Virus record (IMG/VR): IMGVR_UViG_3300028048_000003
Direction: 5' to 3' (one strand)
DNA length: 64,000 bases
Source of the DNA: a virus
Below the pieces are notes generated by a model. It was not told the origin of the DNA. It searched no databases and worked only from the letters and a program-made list of their open reading frames with translations. Of the stretch, positions 20,648-30,189 are shown one piece after another. How positions within the stretch are numbered: the stretch's first letter is position 1; each line of letters starts with the position of its first letter. A program made the translations under genes and the position numbers.

Positions 20648-21219
20648 AGGTTACGGTTATCGTCGCTTGTCTGAACCGCAAGGAGTCCAGCAAACTTCGT
20701 GGTGTCAATAGCGTCTACACAATAGTTCTTGCCGTCGAGTGTAATACGGTCAAGTAACTTAATATCGCAAATCGGAACGCGGAACTCTTTTGTCGTGCTA
20801 GGAAGAAGCCCTGCGTCCATCATTCGCATATTGGCATTTACTGTCACATGATTGCATGGCGTATCAAGGACATGAACCAGTTCCGTGCCAATCAAATCAC
20901 CGTCTTCGTCATACTTCTCTTCGCCCTTCCTTGTTACGGAGATAGTGCCGTTGCACATATACACCGTAGCTTGCACCGACTCGGCAGAGGGACGTAATGC
21001 AACAACGATGAAATCTTTCTTAGTTCCCTTTACAGTGCAGGAAAACAAGTCACCGTTTTGGAGCTTCGTATTCTCTTGAAGGAGTCCAGTAAAAACAAAA
21101 TTGCTCTTGAAATTAGAAGCGTTGCTCTTACCTACTCGCGTGAGAACAATCTTTTCTGGGTCTTTACCAGCAATATCAATAGGCTGCTTGAACCTATTAA
21201 AAAGCGCGAACATCGGCAT
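20644..21219 (-). CDS. head-tail connector/head-closure protein (by position)
   Basis: 191-aa ORF, coupled. Confidence 0.45.
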   Translation of the reverse strand: MPMFALFNRFKQPIDIAGKDPEKIVLTRVGKSNASNFKSNFVFTGLLQENTKLQNGDLFSCTVKGTKKDFIVVALRPSAESVQATVYMCNGTISVTRKGEEKYDEDGDLIGTELVHVLDTPCNHVTVNANMRMMDAGLLPSTTKEFRVPICDIKLLDRITLDGKNYCVDAIDTTKFAGLLAVQTSDDNRNL

Positions 21220-21775
21220 TTAACCCCCTCAGAAGCATCTTAATGTCAGAAGTGAAGAAGCTATCATCTGTCATCATAATGTTAAAGTCAAGAGATGTTA
21301 ATTGCTTTGCTCCAGCAAAACTCTGTGCCTGTCTGATATTACAAGCAAGCATAGCCGTGGCCGTCTTGAGACGCTTAGGGTACTCATCAAAACCGCTCTT
21401 GTACTTGATTTCAAGTTTAGACGGTCTGGAGTGGAAGAGCATCATGTTAATATCGAAAGAGCCAATGTAGGTAAAATACCCATCGTTCTCAGTATCAAGT
21501 TCAATATCATTCACATCGAGAGCATTTGTACTCCTGCCGAACAGCGTATCAGAGATACAGGTGACAGACTCGATTTCAATGATAGGAGAATGGCTGAGTT
21601 TTCCTCGATTAGTCTTAGACAGCTTTACCCTGTCAACATATTCCTTTGGAACAAAAGAGCGCCCAAGAAAGCTATTGATAAGGTCTGTTGCCATCGCTAC
21701 ATCAGAGGAAGTGACCCCATCAATCGTAGAGCAATAAACAGGAATTTCTTCTTCCGTGAGATACATATCACTCAT
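21197..21775 (-). CDS. head-tail connector (gp6-like adaptor, by position)
   Basis: 192-aa ORF downstream of the capsid gene. Confidence 0.45.
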   Translation of the reverse strand: MSDMYLTEEEIPVYCSTIDGVTSSDVAMATDLINSFLGRSFVPKEYVDRVKLSKTNRGKLSHSPIIEIESVTCISDTLFGRSTNALDVNDIELDTENDGYFTYIGSFDINMMLFHSRPSKLEIKYKSGFDEYPKRLKTATAMLACNIRQAQSFAGAKQLTSLDFNIMMTDDSFFTSDIKMLLRGLNADVRAF

Positions 21776-21962
21776 TGGAAATCAGCCCCATCGCCTTAAC
21801 CTCGGCAAACTCCTCTGGATTGACAAGGACATAGCCATCATGTGCGATAACAGCACGATGCTTGAGAATAATTACATCCTCGCTCGTTTTGACCTTGTAG
21901 ACAACTTTCTTAGGAGTCTCCTTCGGTGCAACCTTTGTTGTAGTGGTCTTCCTTCGTGGCAT
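21768..21962 (-). CDS. small basic hypothetical protein
   Basis: Start moved to the ATG (MPRRKTTTTKV…) preceded by AAAGGAG. Confidence 0.4.
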   Translation of the reverse strand: MPRRKTTTTKVAPKETPKKVVYKVKTSEDVIILKHRAVIAHDGYVLVNPEEFAEVKAMGLISNE

Positions 21963-22057
21963 TGAATCAACTCCTTTTAATAGCCGCCGCAGACGCTTTC
22001 TGTTTATTTGTTGGAATACCAAGCGACTTATTACGAAAGATTAGGTATTAGCCGTTA

Positions 22058-23098
22058 TTACGCACCAGCCGCGTTCGTGGACGGACTCTCATCTGTCTTG
22101 TTGACCGTGATAACATCCGTACCAACAGGAACAGTAGCCTCCGTCTCGCCGTCAATCGTGAGCATGAGGTGACCGTAGTTACCACCGCGGACGATGAACG
22201 TATCGAACAGAACCGCGATATAACGCTGTGCAAGGTCTTTCTCCGTGCCGAGCTGATACATACGCGGAACAGCACTCGCCACATACTGACGCTCAAGGAG
22301 GTTCTCATCGACGATAGCAATCTTACCGACAGGGCAGTAAATATCCGTCACAATCGGCAGAACGCCAGCGACCGTCATAATGCCAGTCACCTTAATGCCA
22401 GGAAGCACCTCAACGTCATACGTCTTCACCTTGTCCTTGGCATTGATTTCCTGAGACTCAAGTTTTGCCTTGTCGAGCGGATTCATGTAGATAGCCGTCG
22501 GAGTGACCTTGTACTTCTTGTTGTACATGAGCATAGCCACACCGTTGCGAATAGCCTCCGTGAGACGCGCGTCCTTGGCAATCGTGCCAGTCTTCTTAAT
22601 CTGCGTGAGGATGGAGCAATACTCGTGAGACGTGGAGTCCATGAGGTCTTTTGCCCCGCCAGTCCACACAGCGCGGTCTTGTGCATCGAGCATATCGGAG
22701 ACAACTTCCGAGAGGTCTTGCGCTTGAAGGTCACCGAAAAGCCCCTGCTGCTGCGTAACCTCACGGTCAAACTTGCCGAACGTGATACCATCAACCTCGG
22801 CGCGAATCAGAGCCGAACGCTCAACACGCTGGACTTGCGTATCAAGAGCATGGTCGATTGCACGCGGGTCAATGAACTTCTCCTTGGTGTCATGTGCGAG
22901 CTTCTCGAAGTAGCGCGTCGGATGACCCGTTGCAGCCTTGGCCTTAACACGCTGGAGGAGCGTACCCCGCTTGCGCGTCTTGTCCATAATCTGCGACTCG
23001 AAAACAGGGACATACAGTGCGCCTGTGCCGATATAGTCAGCCGTCGCGTTTGCGAAACTCATAAAGCGGCTCTCGCCGTCAAAAAGTCGAATACTCAA
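22058..23098 (-). CDS. major capsid protein
   Basis: 346-aa ORF directly after the protease/scaffold gene. TTG start with GAGAGGAAGG SD. GC3-rich codon usage typical of a highly expressed gene. Confidence 0.8.
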   Translation of the reverse strand: MSIRLFDGESRFMSFANATADYIGTGALYVPVFESQIMDKTRKRGTLLQRVKAKAATGHPTRYFEKLAHDTKEKFIDPRAIDHALDTQVQRVERSALIRAEVDGITFGKFDREVTQQQGLFGDLQAQDLSEVVSDMLDAQDRAVWTGGAKDLMDSTSHEYCSILTQIKKTGTIAKDARLTEAIRNGVAMLMYNKKYKVTPTAIYMNPLDKAKLESQEINAKDKVKTYDVEVLPGIKVTGIMTVAGVLPIVTDIYCPVGKIAIVDENLLERQYVASAVPRMYQLGTEKDLAQRYIAVLFDTFIVRGGNYGHLMLTIDGETEATVPVGTDVITVNKTDESPSTNAAGA

Positions 23099-23114
23099 AT
23101 TTTACCTTCCTCTC

Positions 23115-24137
23115 TTATGCGTGAAACTCGTCTTGGTGCTCATTCCAGAGCTGGATTTTCTTCGCCCATTTCTGCTCTGCCGTCAGCTTATCGTTATCGT
23201 CGATAGCCTTGGAAAGCTCCATAGCCGTCTTCTTCTCGCCATCGAAACGCGGGAGGGATGCAAAGTCAACCTTAGTCTTACGCTCAGGCTCTTTCTCCTC
23301 TTCCTTCGTCTCTACCTTCTTCTCGGCAAGTGCCTGTGCCATAGCATCCTTAACGCCAGCCGTGATAGCATCCTGCATAGCCGCAAAATCCATCTTCGGT
23401 TCATCCTGCTTCGGCTCGGCCTTGTCTTCAACCTTGGACAGCTTTTCAACCGTCTCCGTCAGCGTCTTAATAGATGCTTCGAGAGCGGAAAACTTAGCGT
23501 CGAAAGCCTTTTGCTGCTCATCGAGAGCGTTCTTCGTTTCCTCGTTCAATTCTTCATTCTCCTTATTCATCATGGAACACATAAACTTAGTATTCTGAAA
23601 TGCCGCCTTGTTCTTGTAGAGGATTGCAACCCCTGTGAAGTGCGCTCCCAGTCCCGTAAGAGTCTGTGCTTTATCGTCTCTCATTACACCATCAAAGTAA
23701 ACTTCAACGGAGAAACCAAGAGACTCTTTCGCACTCTCAATCGTGTCGCACACATCGGGGAAATCATTCTTCCACAAATGACCAGCAACAGCAATTTCAT
23801 TACCGTTCAAATGAGCTTCATCAACCACGCCAACCTTGAAGCGAGGAGCATGGTCTTTCAGATTGTATGCAGGGTCGCTAAAGAAATCGTCGCTCCATTG
23901 GACGTTTACGCCACTACCAGCAAGGGACTCCACATCAATGTTCTCACTACTGATAATGGTTTTATATCCCATAATGCCGCCGCATGGCGTACCGTCCGTG
24001 GGAGTATCAACATACCCAGCAACACCGCTGAAATTCAATACGTCAGGATTGTTCTCGTCCTGCATCGTACTGAAACTAGAGAAATTAAGCGTTACGCTCT
24101 TTCCCTCTGTCTTCTTCTGCTCGTTTTTTTTCGCCAT
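23115..24137 (-). CDS. prohead serine protease fused to coiled-coil scaffold-like C-terminus
   Basis: The N-terminal half (…DHAPRFKVGVVDEAHLNGNEIAVAGHLWKN…SAKESLGFSVEVY) fits the HK97-type prohead protease His…Ser pattern. The C-terminal half is K/E/A-rich coiled coil. Confidence 0.65.
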   Translation of the reverse strand: MAKKNEQKKTEGKSVTLNFSSFSTMQDENNPDVLNFSGVAGYVDTPTDGTPCGGIMGYKTIISSENIDVESLAGSGVNVQWSDDFFSDPAYNLKDHAPRFKVGVVDEAHLNGNEIAVAGHLWKNDFPDVCDTIESAKESLGFSVEVYFDGVMRDDKAQTLTGLGAHFTGVAILYKNKAAFQNTKFMCSMMNKENEELNEETKNALDEQQKAFDAKFSALEASIKTLTETVEKLSKVEDKAEPKQDEPKMDFAAMQDAITAGVKDAMAQALAEKKVETKEEEKEPERKTKVDFASLPRFDGEKKTAMELSKAIDDNDKLTAEQKWAKKIQLWNEHQDEFHA

Positions 24138-25440
24138 CAGTCTTCTTTTTCACATCCTCTTTTTGGTCTTTGCCTAAACCATTAAATCCACCAGTCTGTA
24201 CAGCATATTTTTTATTCAATGCCGATTTCATCTCTGCCTGAGTCATGTCATTATACGGACTATCAATATGCGGCATACCAATAGCATTTCTGTACTCTGC
24301 AAAGGTAATACCGTTATTGTTCCATTGTTCCGTGAGCATCGTCTGCTTCTGTTGCTTCTGCGTCAGCGTATCTTCAAAGACAAACTCGAATTTCAAATAG
24401 TCGCCCATGCCTAAACGACCAATGATTTTCTTGTTAATCTCATCGGCAAGCAGTAAGCAATACGGACGAATCGCCTCATTGAGCATAGACTCATTTTGCT
24501 CTTCCACAGTAGAACGGTCTGTATTACTGCCCTGACCAAGTTTCTTAGGGTCAATGCCAAAGGCGAGAGCAATCTCTGTGATTAACTCTTTTTGCCATTC
24601 AAGGAACAGACCTTCATCACCGTCAGCACCAAGGTGAAGTGCTTGAGCACCCTTCGTACCGCCGATAATTGCCTGTTCACCACGTCCCTGTACCTCTTCA
24701 CGCCAATACTTTCTGAACGCATCGAGGTCTGCCTGTGAGACGTTCTCCCCAAGGTCAAGAGCGTATTTAGGAATAGCATTGTCGGTTTGCGTAGAAGCGT
24801 ATTCTTGAGCACTAGTCAACGCATTGATATGCTGAAAAGCCGCTTCAATAGGAGACAATCCGTATGGCGTATCGACGGTCTTATTATGCTGCAAATAAAG
24901 AACATCCTTGTCATACAGATACGTCCTGTTCGCTCCTACGACCTGACAAAATCGGTAAAACTCTGGATTTGTGAAAAACCCTGTGACATATTCAAGAGCG
25001 AAACCGTTAATCGGATATAACTTCATTGGTCTGCGAATGTCTCCAGTGAAGACAATCTCTGCCGCTCCATTATCTCCAATCAAGGTTTCATTGATAACCT
25101 GTCCCCAAAAAGACTCGTAAGTGTCTGTCTCATTAGGATGCAGGATAATATTCTCCAATGCTTTGATAGCAGCACCATAGGTACGTTTATCTCCTGCATT
25201 GGTAGGGACAATCCTCCAATTCTGCGCTAATACTCCGTCCCGAATAAGGGAAATAGCACGGTGAGGAATTGCCATTCGAGAAAAGTTCCGCAAGCTCCGT
25301 TCGTTCACTTTGATAAGCGAATCTTTTGGAGTGAAGTTAGGCAAAGAAATAATCGTCGTGGCAGACTGCCTTTGAAGGTGTCCGTCAGACGGTGTTTTAA
25401 TGCCAAGGTGGAAAACTTTCCCGAAAGCTCTTATCTCCAT
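24085..25440 (-). CDS. portal protein
   Basis: ~450 aa between TerL and the protease. Start moved to ATG 25440 (MEIRAFG…), which overlaps the TerL stop (ATGGAGATAA). Confidence 0.85.
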   Translation of the reverse strand: MEIRAFGKVFHLGIKTPSDGHLQRQSATTIISLPNFTPKDSLIKVNERSLRNFSRMAIPHRAISLIRDGVLAQNWRIVPTNAGDKRTYGAAIKALENIILHPNETDTYESFWGQVINETLIGDNGAAEIVFTGDIRRPMKLYPINGFALEYVTGFFTNPEFYRFCQVVGANRTYLYDKDVLYLQHNKTVDTPYGLSPIEAAFQHINALTSAQEYASTQTDNAIPKYALDLGENVSQADLDAFRKYWREEVQGRGEQAIIGGTKGAQALHLGADGDEGLFLEWQKELITEIALAFGIDPKKLGQGSNTDRSTVEEQNESMLNEAIRPYCLLLADEINKKIIGRLGMGDYLKFEFVFEDTLTQKQQKQTMLTEQWNNNGITFAEYRNAIGMPHIDSPYNDMTQAEMKSALNKKYAVQTGGFNGLGKDQKEDVKKKTDGEKKRAEEDRGKERNA

Positions 25441-26981
25441 TTTGTGAAAATCCCTCCCATCGGTGTTGGTTTCATGCGCGAGGATAGTCCTCCAAAAACA
25501 AGGCGGTGAGACATGTCTGGGAAAGCAGCAGAACAAATCATGTTAAGTGCATCCATTCCATCATCACTACCCTTTGGAAATCGTAGAAATTCGTTGACAA
25601 GTACAGTCTGGTCTTTACGGAACTTGATGTATTTGTTCTTGATTCTCGGAATCATACCGCGAAGACGTAACTGCTTTTCAACCTTGCTGTTGTACTCATT
25701 AATTGGAATCTGAATACCAGCGTTCAGACCTCTCTTAGCGACTTCATCCTTGAACATCGCTTGGAACTGAACTGTCTCAATCGTCACCGAAACAAGGTGG
25801 CTCTGATACTTCATAGAACCAGCAATAATGAGGTCAATGAGCCTGTCTGGTTTGAATCTTCCCATAGTCACATCAAGTACATAAAGGAATCCGTTCTCAT
25901 CCTTACCAGCGAATATGATTGCTGCTCGGTCTGATTTTGCCTTACCAAGAGAGGGGTCAACAGCGCCATAAACTTCCTTGATTTCTGGAAGTTCATAGTA
26001 GTAATCAAACCACTCAGGAAGGAACTCCGCGTTAGCAGGGTCAATCGGTTCATTCTGATACTCACTTGCAAAAGAGCTACTATCGGAAACCCTAAGTTCC
26101 ATCATGTTCTCGTAATAGTCTGGAGAACTCTCAGGCCAAAGAGATTCGACACCTTTAAGCATCTCGTCTCTGTGCTTCTGATAGAATTGATAGGCATCTT
26201 CGCCAGCTTTAGGGTTGTGCTCGTCCGTGAGGATTTGTTCCCAATCATCCCACAACGGAGAATCCGAAAAGTGCTGTACCGCTTGGTATCTCTTTCTGTC
26301 CCACATTGAGAACGCAGGAGCAGTTAAGAGCTTTTGCAGTAATGACTCATAGTGAAGTACCGTCCCAATGTAGATATAATCGCTTGTCGGCGTACCTACT
26401 GGAATAAGGGCTTTCATAAACCAGTTGAACAACTTTTTTCGTTGCGCTTCTGTCTCTACGTTTTCATCGTTCTCCAAATCATCGATGATGATTAACTCAG
26501 GGCGAATCGAGCCGAACTTATTACCGCGAAGTTTCTGTCCAGCACCACGGCCATAAACCTGTACGCGGTTAGAAGTAATAATCTTATCTTGCGCCCATTT
26601 CTCTTCCGAAACGAGGTCACCAAAGTCGGTTTTGATAAGGTCATTTTCTTCAAGTTCTGTCTTTATCGCCGAAATGAAAGAACGCGCTTGGTCTAACGTA
26701 TCAGAAACGAGCAAAATGTTCCTTTTGTACTTGTAAACTATGCACCAGATAATCAGCAAAAACGAGATAACCTGCGACTTACCATGTCCGCGCGGAGCGG
26801 CTCGAACATAGAAGTTTTTTCGTCTTTTTCTCCTCAGAATCATGTCCTCTGCTGACTTGAAAATTTCCTTGTGTAAAGGGGAAAATGCACAAGAAAATAC
26901 CGAGGGGAAATAGGTAAGAGCGAACTTTTCAAGGGAAGTAGCACAGTCTTTCATGCGCTGTCCCGCGTCCTCTCTATCCAT
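25431..26981 (-). CDS. terL: terminase large subunit
   Basis: 516 aa. Walker A APRGHGKS, Walker B LIIIDDLE, and a C-terminal RNaseH-like nuclease part (AVDPSLGKAKSDRAAIIFAG…). Confidence 0.9.
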   Translation of the reverse strand: MDREDAGQRMKDCATSLEKFALTYFPSVFSCAFSPLHKEIFKSAEDMILRRKRRKNFYVRAAPRGHGKSQVISFLLIIWCIVYKYKRNILLVSDTLDQARSFISAIKTELEENDLIKTDFGDLVSEEKWAQDKIITSNRVQVYGRGAGQKLRGNKFGSIRPELIIIDDLENDENVETEAQRKKLFNWFMKALIPVGTPTSDYIYIGTVLHYESLLQKLLTAPAFSMWDRKRYQAVQHFSDSPLWDDWEQILTDEHNPKAGEDAYQFYQKHRDEMLKGVESLWPESSPDYYENMMELRVSDSSSFASEYQNEPIDPANAEFLPEWFDYYYELPEIKEVYGAVDPSLGKAKSDRAAIIFAGKDENGFLYVLDVTMGRFKPDRLIDLIIAGSMKYQSHLVSVTIETVQFQAMFKDEVAKRGLNAGIQIPINEYNSKVEKQLRLRGMIPRIKNKYIKFRKDQTVLVNEFLRFPKGSDDGMDALNMICSAAFPDMSHRLVFGGLSSRMKPTPMGGIFTKWR

Positions 26982-27162
26982 TACCGCCTCGGCTGACGTA
27001 GTTTCCTCGATTGCCTTTGCTAACTCATCAAAATATCTTTTCTGCTTTATAGAATCACCCCTTTTAGTGCCTTGTCCCTGTCAGCACCTTGGACACCCCC
27101 AAATTGCATGTCTTCCTCGTGTCTCAGCCTCGTGCCTACACTCATAAGCTAGGACTTTTGTT

Positions 27163-27702
27163 TTAGATGGCTCTGATTGTCTCGAACATATCCGAACGCC
27201 GAAGCTCTTCAAAGACCTCAGCTTTAACTTGCGGGTATCTGTCTAGGATTTTCAAAAAGACCTCAAGCACTTTTCGCACCTTCTGGACACCTAGCTGTTC
27301 TTTCTGAATCCTTGATACGCTCTCGTTCAAATCTTCGAGAAACTTGCACGAATGGAGATAGGCGTTTGAGATGGAGGAAATCTCAGACAGCTTCTCTTCA
27401 TCGTCTTTGAGGTTGTCGAGTATTCTGCCGAGCTTGTTTGTATGCCTTACAAGACGGTTGCGAACACTCCACGCCTCGGAAAGAGCATTAAAGCGATTAA
27501 CCGCTGTTGCGACATCATTCCTGCCTACGTCCGTTAAGCCATGCGCGGCGCAGTATCTTGAAATGGTCATTTTGTTCAACGGCTGTTCGCCAGCTGGGAG
27601 GGATTCTCTGTTGATTACGTCGGCTACTTCTTCACAGGTAAGTGTCTTGCGGAGTTCAAGAACCTTCTTACCTAAGCCAAGTTCATCAATCCTGTACTTC
27701 AT
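27163..27702 (-). CDS. terS: terminase small subunit (HTH + coiled coil)
   Basis: 179 aa immediately upstream of terL. N-terminal HTH-like segment (LTCEEVADVINRES…MTISRYCAAHGL). ATG 27702 with GAGAGGTGA SD; the track start is a TTG. Confidence 0.6.
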   Translation of the reverse strand: MKYRIDELGLGKKVLELRKTLTCEEVADVINRESLPAGEQPLNKMTISRYCAAHGLTDVGRNDVATAVNRFNALSEAWSVRNRLVRHTNKLGRILDNLKDDEEKLSEISSISNAYLHSCKFLEDLNESVSRIQKEQLGVQKVRKVLEVFLKILDRYPQVKAEVFEELRRSDMFETIRAI

Positions 27703-27722
27703 GTAATCACCTCTCAATTTGT

Positions 27723-27754
27723 CCTCTCATATATTATCTATGGTGGCTTTTCAA
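27723..27754 (-). promoter_or_regulatory. conserved 32-bp box, copy A (upstream of terS)
   Basis: CCTCTCATATATTATCTATGGTGGCTTTTCAA matches 29170-29201 at 28 of 32 positions. On the coding strand it reads TTGAAAAGCCACC…GATAATATATGAGAGG, ending ~20 nt before the terS SD. Confidence 0.5.
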
Positions 27755-28023
27755 GTAAAAATGGGCTGAAATTCCAAAAAAAATCATTTTTAATCAAATT
27801 TTTAACTAAAATAGCTATAAGATATAACTTTTATAAAGAATCTGAGAGTAATAACAGGAGGTCGGCATTGGATGCGATGAGGACATGAAGCGATGATTTT
27901 GTGACCATGTTTTCGTGCTCCTTGTGATGCTCCAGAGCAAAGATGTCATTTTTCGCGTTTTTTACGATAAAAATTACCCTCAATTTTGACACGCGATAAC
28001 TTATACCTGTGAAAGATTCGAGA

Positions 28024-28056
28024 GGAATTTCCGTCGTAAATTTACGAGGGAAATCC
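28024..28056. repeat. imperfect 16/17-bp inverted repeat
   Basis: GGAATTTCCGTCGTAAA / TTTACGAGGGAAATCC (one indel, one mismatch), with no U-tract. Lies between the stop of the 28080 gene and the terS promoter region. Confidence 0.4.
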
Positions 28057-28079
28057 GCTTAAAATCGATTTTACGTTAA

Positions 28080-28367
28080 TTACCTACCCCCTTTTCCCTT
28101 GTTGAGAGTCTTCATAGCAGCAGAACGAGCTTTTTTTGTGCTGTCAGAAATACTATTTTTCCCACGTCGGAATGTAAGCAGCTTCTTCGGAACTCGATAT
28201 TCTACTGCCCAGATGTGTCGATTGGTCTTGAATACCTGATAGCGCGGGTAAATCTTGTCCAGCTTCGTAATCATCTTCGTGTCGCTTGTCCAAATTCTCA
28301 TCTCGTCAGGCTCTCGCTCAAACTCAATAACGGTTTCTTGTTCTTCTTTTGCTGTGTACTCTTTCAT
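28080..28367 (-). CDS. hypothetical protein
   Basis: Start moved to ATG 28367 (MKEYTAKEEQ…) with AAAGGAG SD. 95 aa. Confidence 0.45.
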   Translation of the reverse strand: MKEYTAKEEQETVIEFEREPDEMRIWTSDTKMITKLDKIYPRYQVFKTNRHIWAVEYRVPKKLLTFRRGKNSISDSTKKARSAAMKTLNKGKGGR

Positions 28368-28872
28368 GTAAACTCCTTTCAGTGTTCGTCTAAAGCCGAA
28401 TTGTCTTTTCCAGACAATCAAATGTTTGCTAATCGAGGAAATAGGGTTGTGACTGCCTACAAGCGGCGTAGCCGCATACCTAGCCATATAGATATACTTA
28501 TACCTATTAGTCGCGCGAAGGGGCTTAGAGCGAATGTCAGGCGGTCGGTTTTTATCGACGGCGTGGCTTCGTGATACGCCCGAGCGCGTGGCGAGCGGAA
28601 CACACCCCTTAGTTCGTCTGCTTGATATATAAATACATCTACACAGATGGAAACATGAATGTTTCTTTTGCTAATCTCTTACAGAGAGTTTTACTAATCG
28701 GAGAAGTTGGTCGGGGGAGGCTTGCCAAAGCCGACACCGATATTATTTATTTAAGATATACGTAGTATAGATTAAATAAATAATACATTCTATTAACACC
28801 CTTGTATGTATGTATATATATTAGGTGACATAAAAATTACGCCATAGAGCGCTGCCTGTCAGATTTGCCCCC

Positions 28873-29124
28873 TCAGATGGTGATTTTTAGTCGATACAGA
28901 GACGGGACTCCCTGCTGGCGCGATGGCCTATATCCAATCATTCCCTTCTCGATTAGTTCCCTTCTTGCTCTCTGTACTGTACAAATACTCATCCCAATAT
29001 CCTTAGCCGCCTGACGGTCTGTGTAACAGAACTCTCCTTCTCTGCCCTTCCAAGACAGAATGAGAAACAGTTTCAATGCCGATGGCGAGGTTTCCTTGAT
29101 TCTCTTGATAAATTCGTAGTTCAC
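28873..29124 (-). CDS. winged-HTH DNA-binding protein
   Basis: 83 aa. GTG start after AGGAGG. Contains …DRQAAKDIGMSICTVQRARRELIEKGMI…. Confidence 0.55.
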   Translation of the reverse strand: MNYEFIKRIKETSPSALKLFLILSWKGREGEFCYTDRQAAKDIGMSICTVQRARRELIEKGMIGYRPSRQQGVPSLYRLKITI

Positions 29125-29169
29125 TTCTTCCTCCTGTGATTCTTCTTCGTATCCTTATGGCATAAAATC

Positions 29170-29201
29170 CCTCTCATATATTATCCGCGGTGACTTTTCA
29201 A
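29170..29201 (-). promoter_or_regulatory. conserved 32-bp box, copy B (upstream of the wHTH gene)
   Basis: CCTCTCATATATTATCCGCGGTGACTTTTCAA. A second shared patch, AGCTATAAGA, lies 52-59 nt further on in both copies (27813-27822 and 29253-29262). Confidence 0.5.
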
Positions 29202-29681
29202 CCAAAAACACGCTCAAACACATTAAAATTACATTAGAATTATATTACAGAAAGCTATAAGACTTAACATGATGTAATGCTACCCCGTAACACTCAATCA
29301 TACTGCCTTGACATCCCTTTTGCCATGCGCCCTCGGCGGCTCTGAAATTGCCCCCTTTTCGTGATACCTGACACTAGCGCGTAACACCGTGAGTAACGCC
29401 AAAAATTGCTGCTCATGTACACCCTCAACAGACACCATTTTCCTCGATTCGTAAACTAAAAAACGCAAAGTGCTTGACGATGTATACGAGAATAAAGCGC
29501 CCCGTAGCTTGATCAAGTGTTTTTTGCAGGTCTGCCGAAAATTGCCCACTCCCGACCCAATCCTTTAGCTAACTAAAGAGGCCGCGAGGCCTTGTGGCAC
29601 TAGGGCTGACGGCGTTTTCACGTTGCATAATTGATATTATAAAACGATTGATAATAATTCCCAATTAATATGGTTAATCAA

Positions 29682-29696
29682 ATTGTCTGACAATTT
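29682..29696. promoter_or_regulatory. palindromic operator-like site ATTGTCTGACAATTT, copy 1
   Basis: Core TTGTC-T-GACAA dyad. Identical 15-mer at 30190-30204. Both are followed by a TTTCTCA segment. Confidence 0.45.
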
Positions 29697-29894
29697 CTTA
29701 TTGATAGATTTTCTCATTTACTTTGACCTTTTGTCCTATATCATTTCTGCATATTATACGCGCGTATTATGCCTTTTTTGTATGTACGCCCACAGTGGAC
29801 ACGTTACTAAAATATACCCCTCTAGGGTATACTAAAGTCAAACTTAAATTTACACTCATTTTATCCAATTCAATTTAGCTAAATCGTTTTTATC

Positions 29895-30110
29895 CCTAGT
29901 AGTATCAAGGCTTTTCGCGCAGCCGAATCCCATTTAGTAATATCCTTTGTTACATAATCATATCTAGTATCATTAGGTCATATTCAATCATACCTAGTAA
30001 TACCTTTGCATATCGGAGAAGTATGTTTTAGTTCGCTAAAGTAAATAGTATTCATACTTGATTGCTATGTTTTAGTAAAGTAAAGAAACAGGAAAATAGT
30101 CCTATCAAGC
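29895..30110. repeat. iteron-like array (TAGTA-core repeats)
   Basis: At least 6 copies: CCTAGTAGTATCAAGG, TTTAGTAATATCCTTTG, AATCATATCTAGTATCATT, AATCATACCTAGTAATACCTTTG, AATAGTATTCAT, AATAGTCCTATCAAGC. Two pairs are spaced 30 and 60 bp. AT-rich context. Confidence 0.45.
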
Positions 30111-30189
30111 GCCCGAAACCCTTATAATCACTAGCTTTATCGCCCTTGTACTCTCTCAATGCACATTTGTTTTGCCTTATCAAATTATT

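Noticed and set aside
18778-24185. Long plus-strand ORFs 18778..19641 (287 aa), 22169..23206 (345 aa) and 23121..24185 (354 aa)
   Set aside because: Antisense to the major tail, capsid and protease genes. Arg/Leu/Ser-rich, as expected for shadow frames of GC3-rich genes. No SD or coupling.
24085-25536. Long form of the portal ORF starting at 25536
   Set aside because: The first 32 codons overlap terL and read as unprotein-like (MFCCFPRHVSPPCFW…). ATG 25440 overlaps the terL stop in the usual coupled fashion.
29298-29549. 83-aa minus-strand ORF in the control region
   Set aside because: GTG start with only a weak, distant SD, odd composition, and embedded in a repeat-rich non-coding region. 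It cannot be excluded without homology data.
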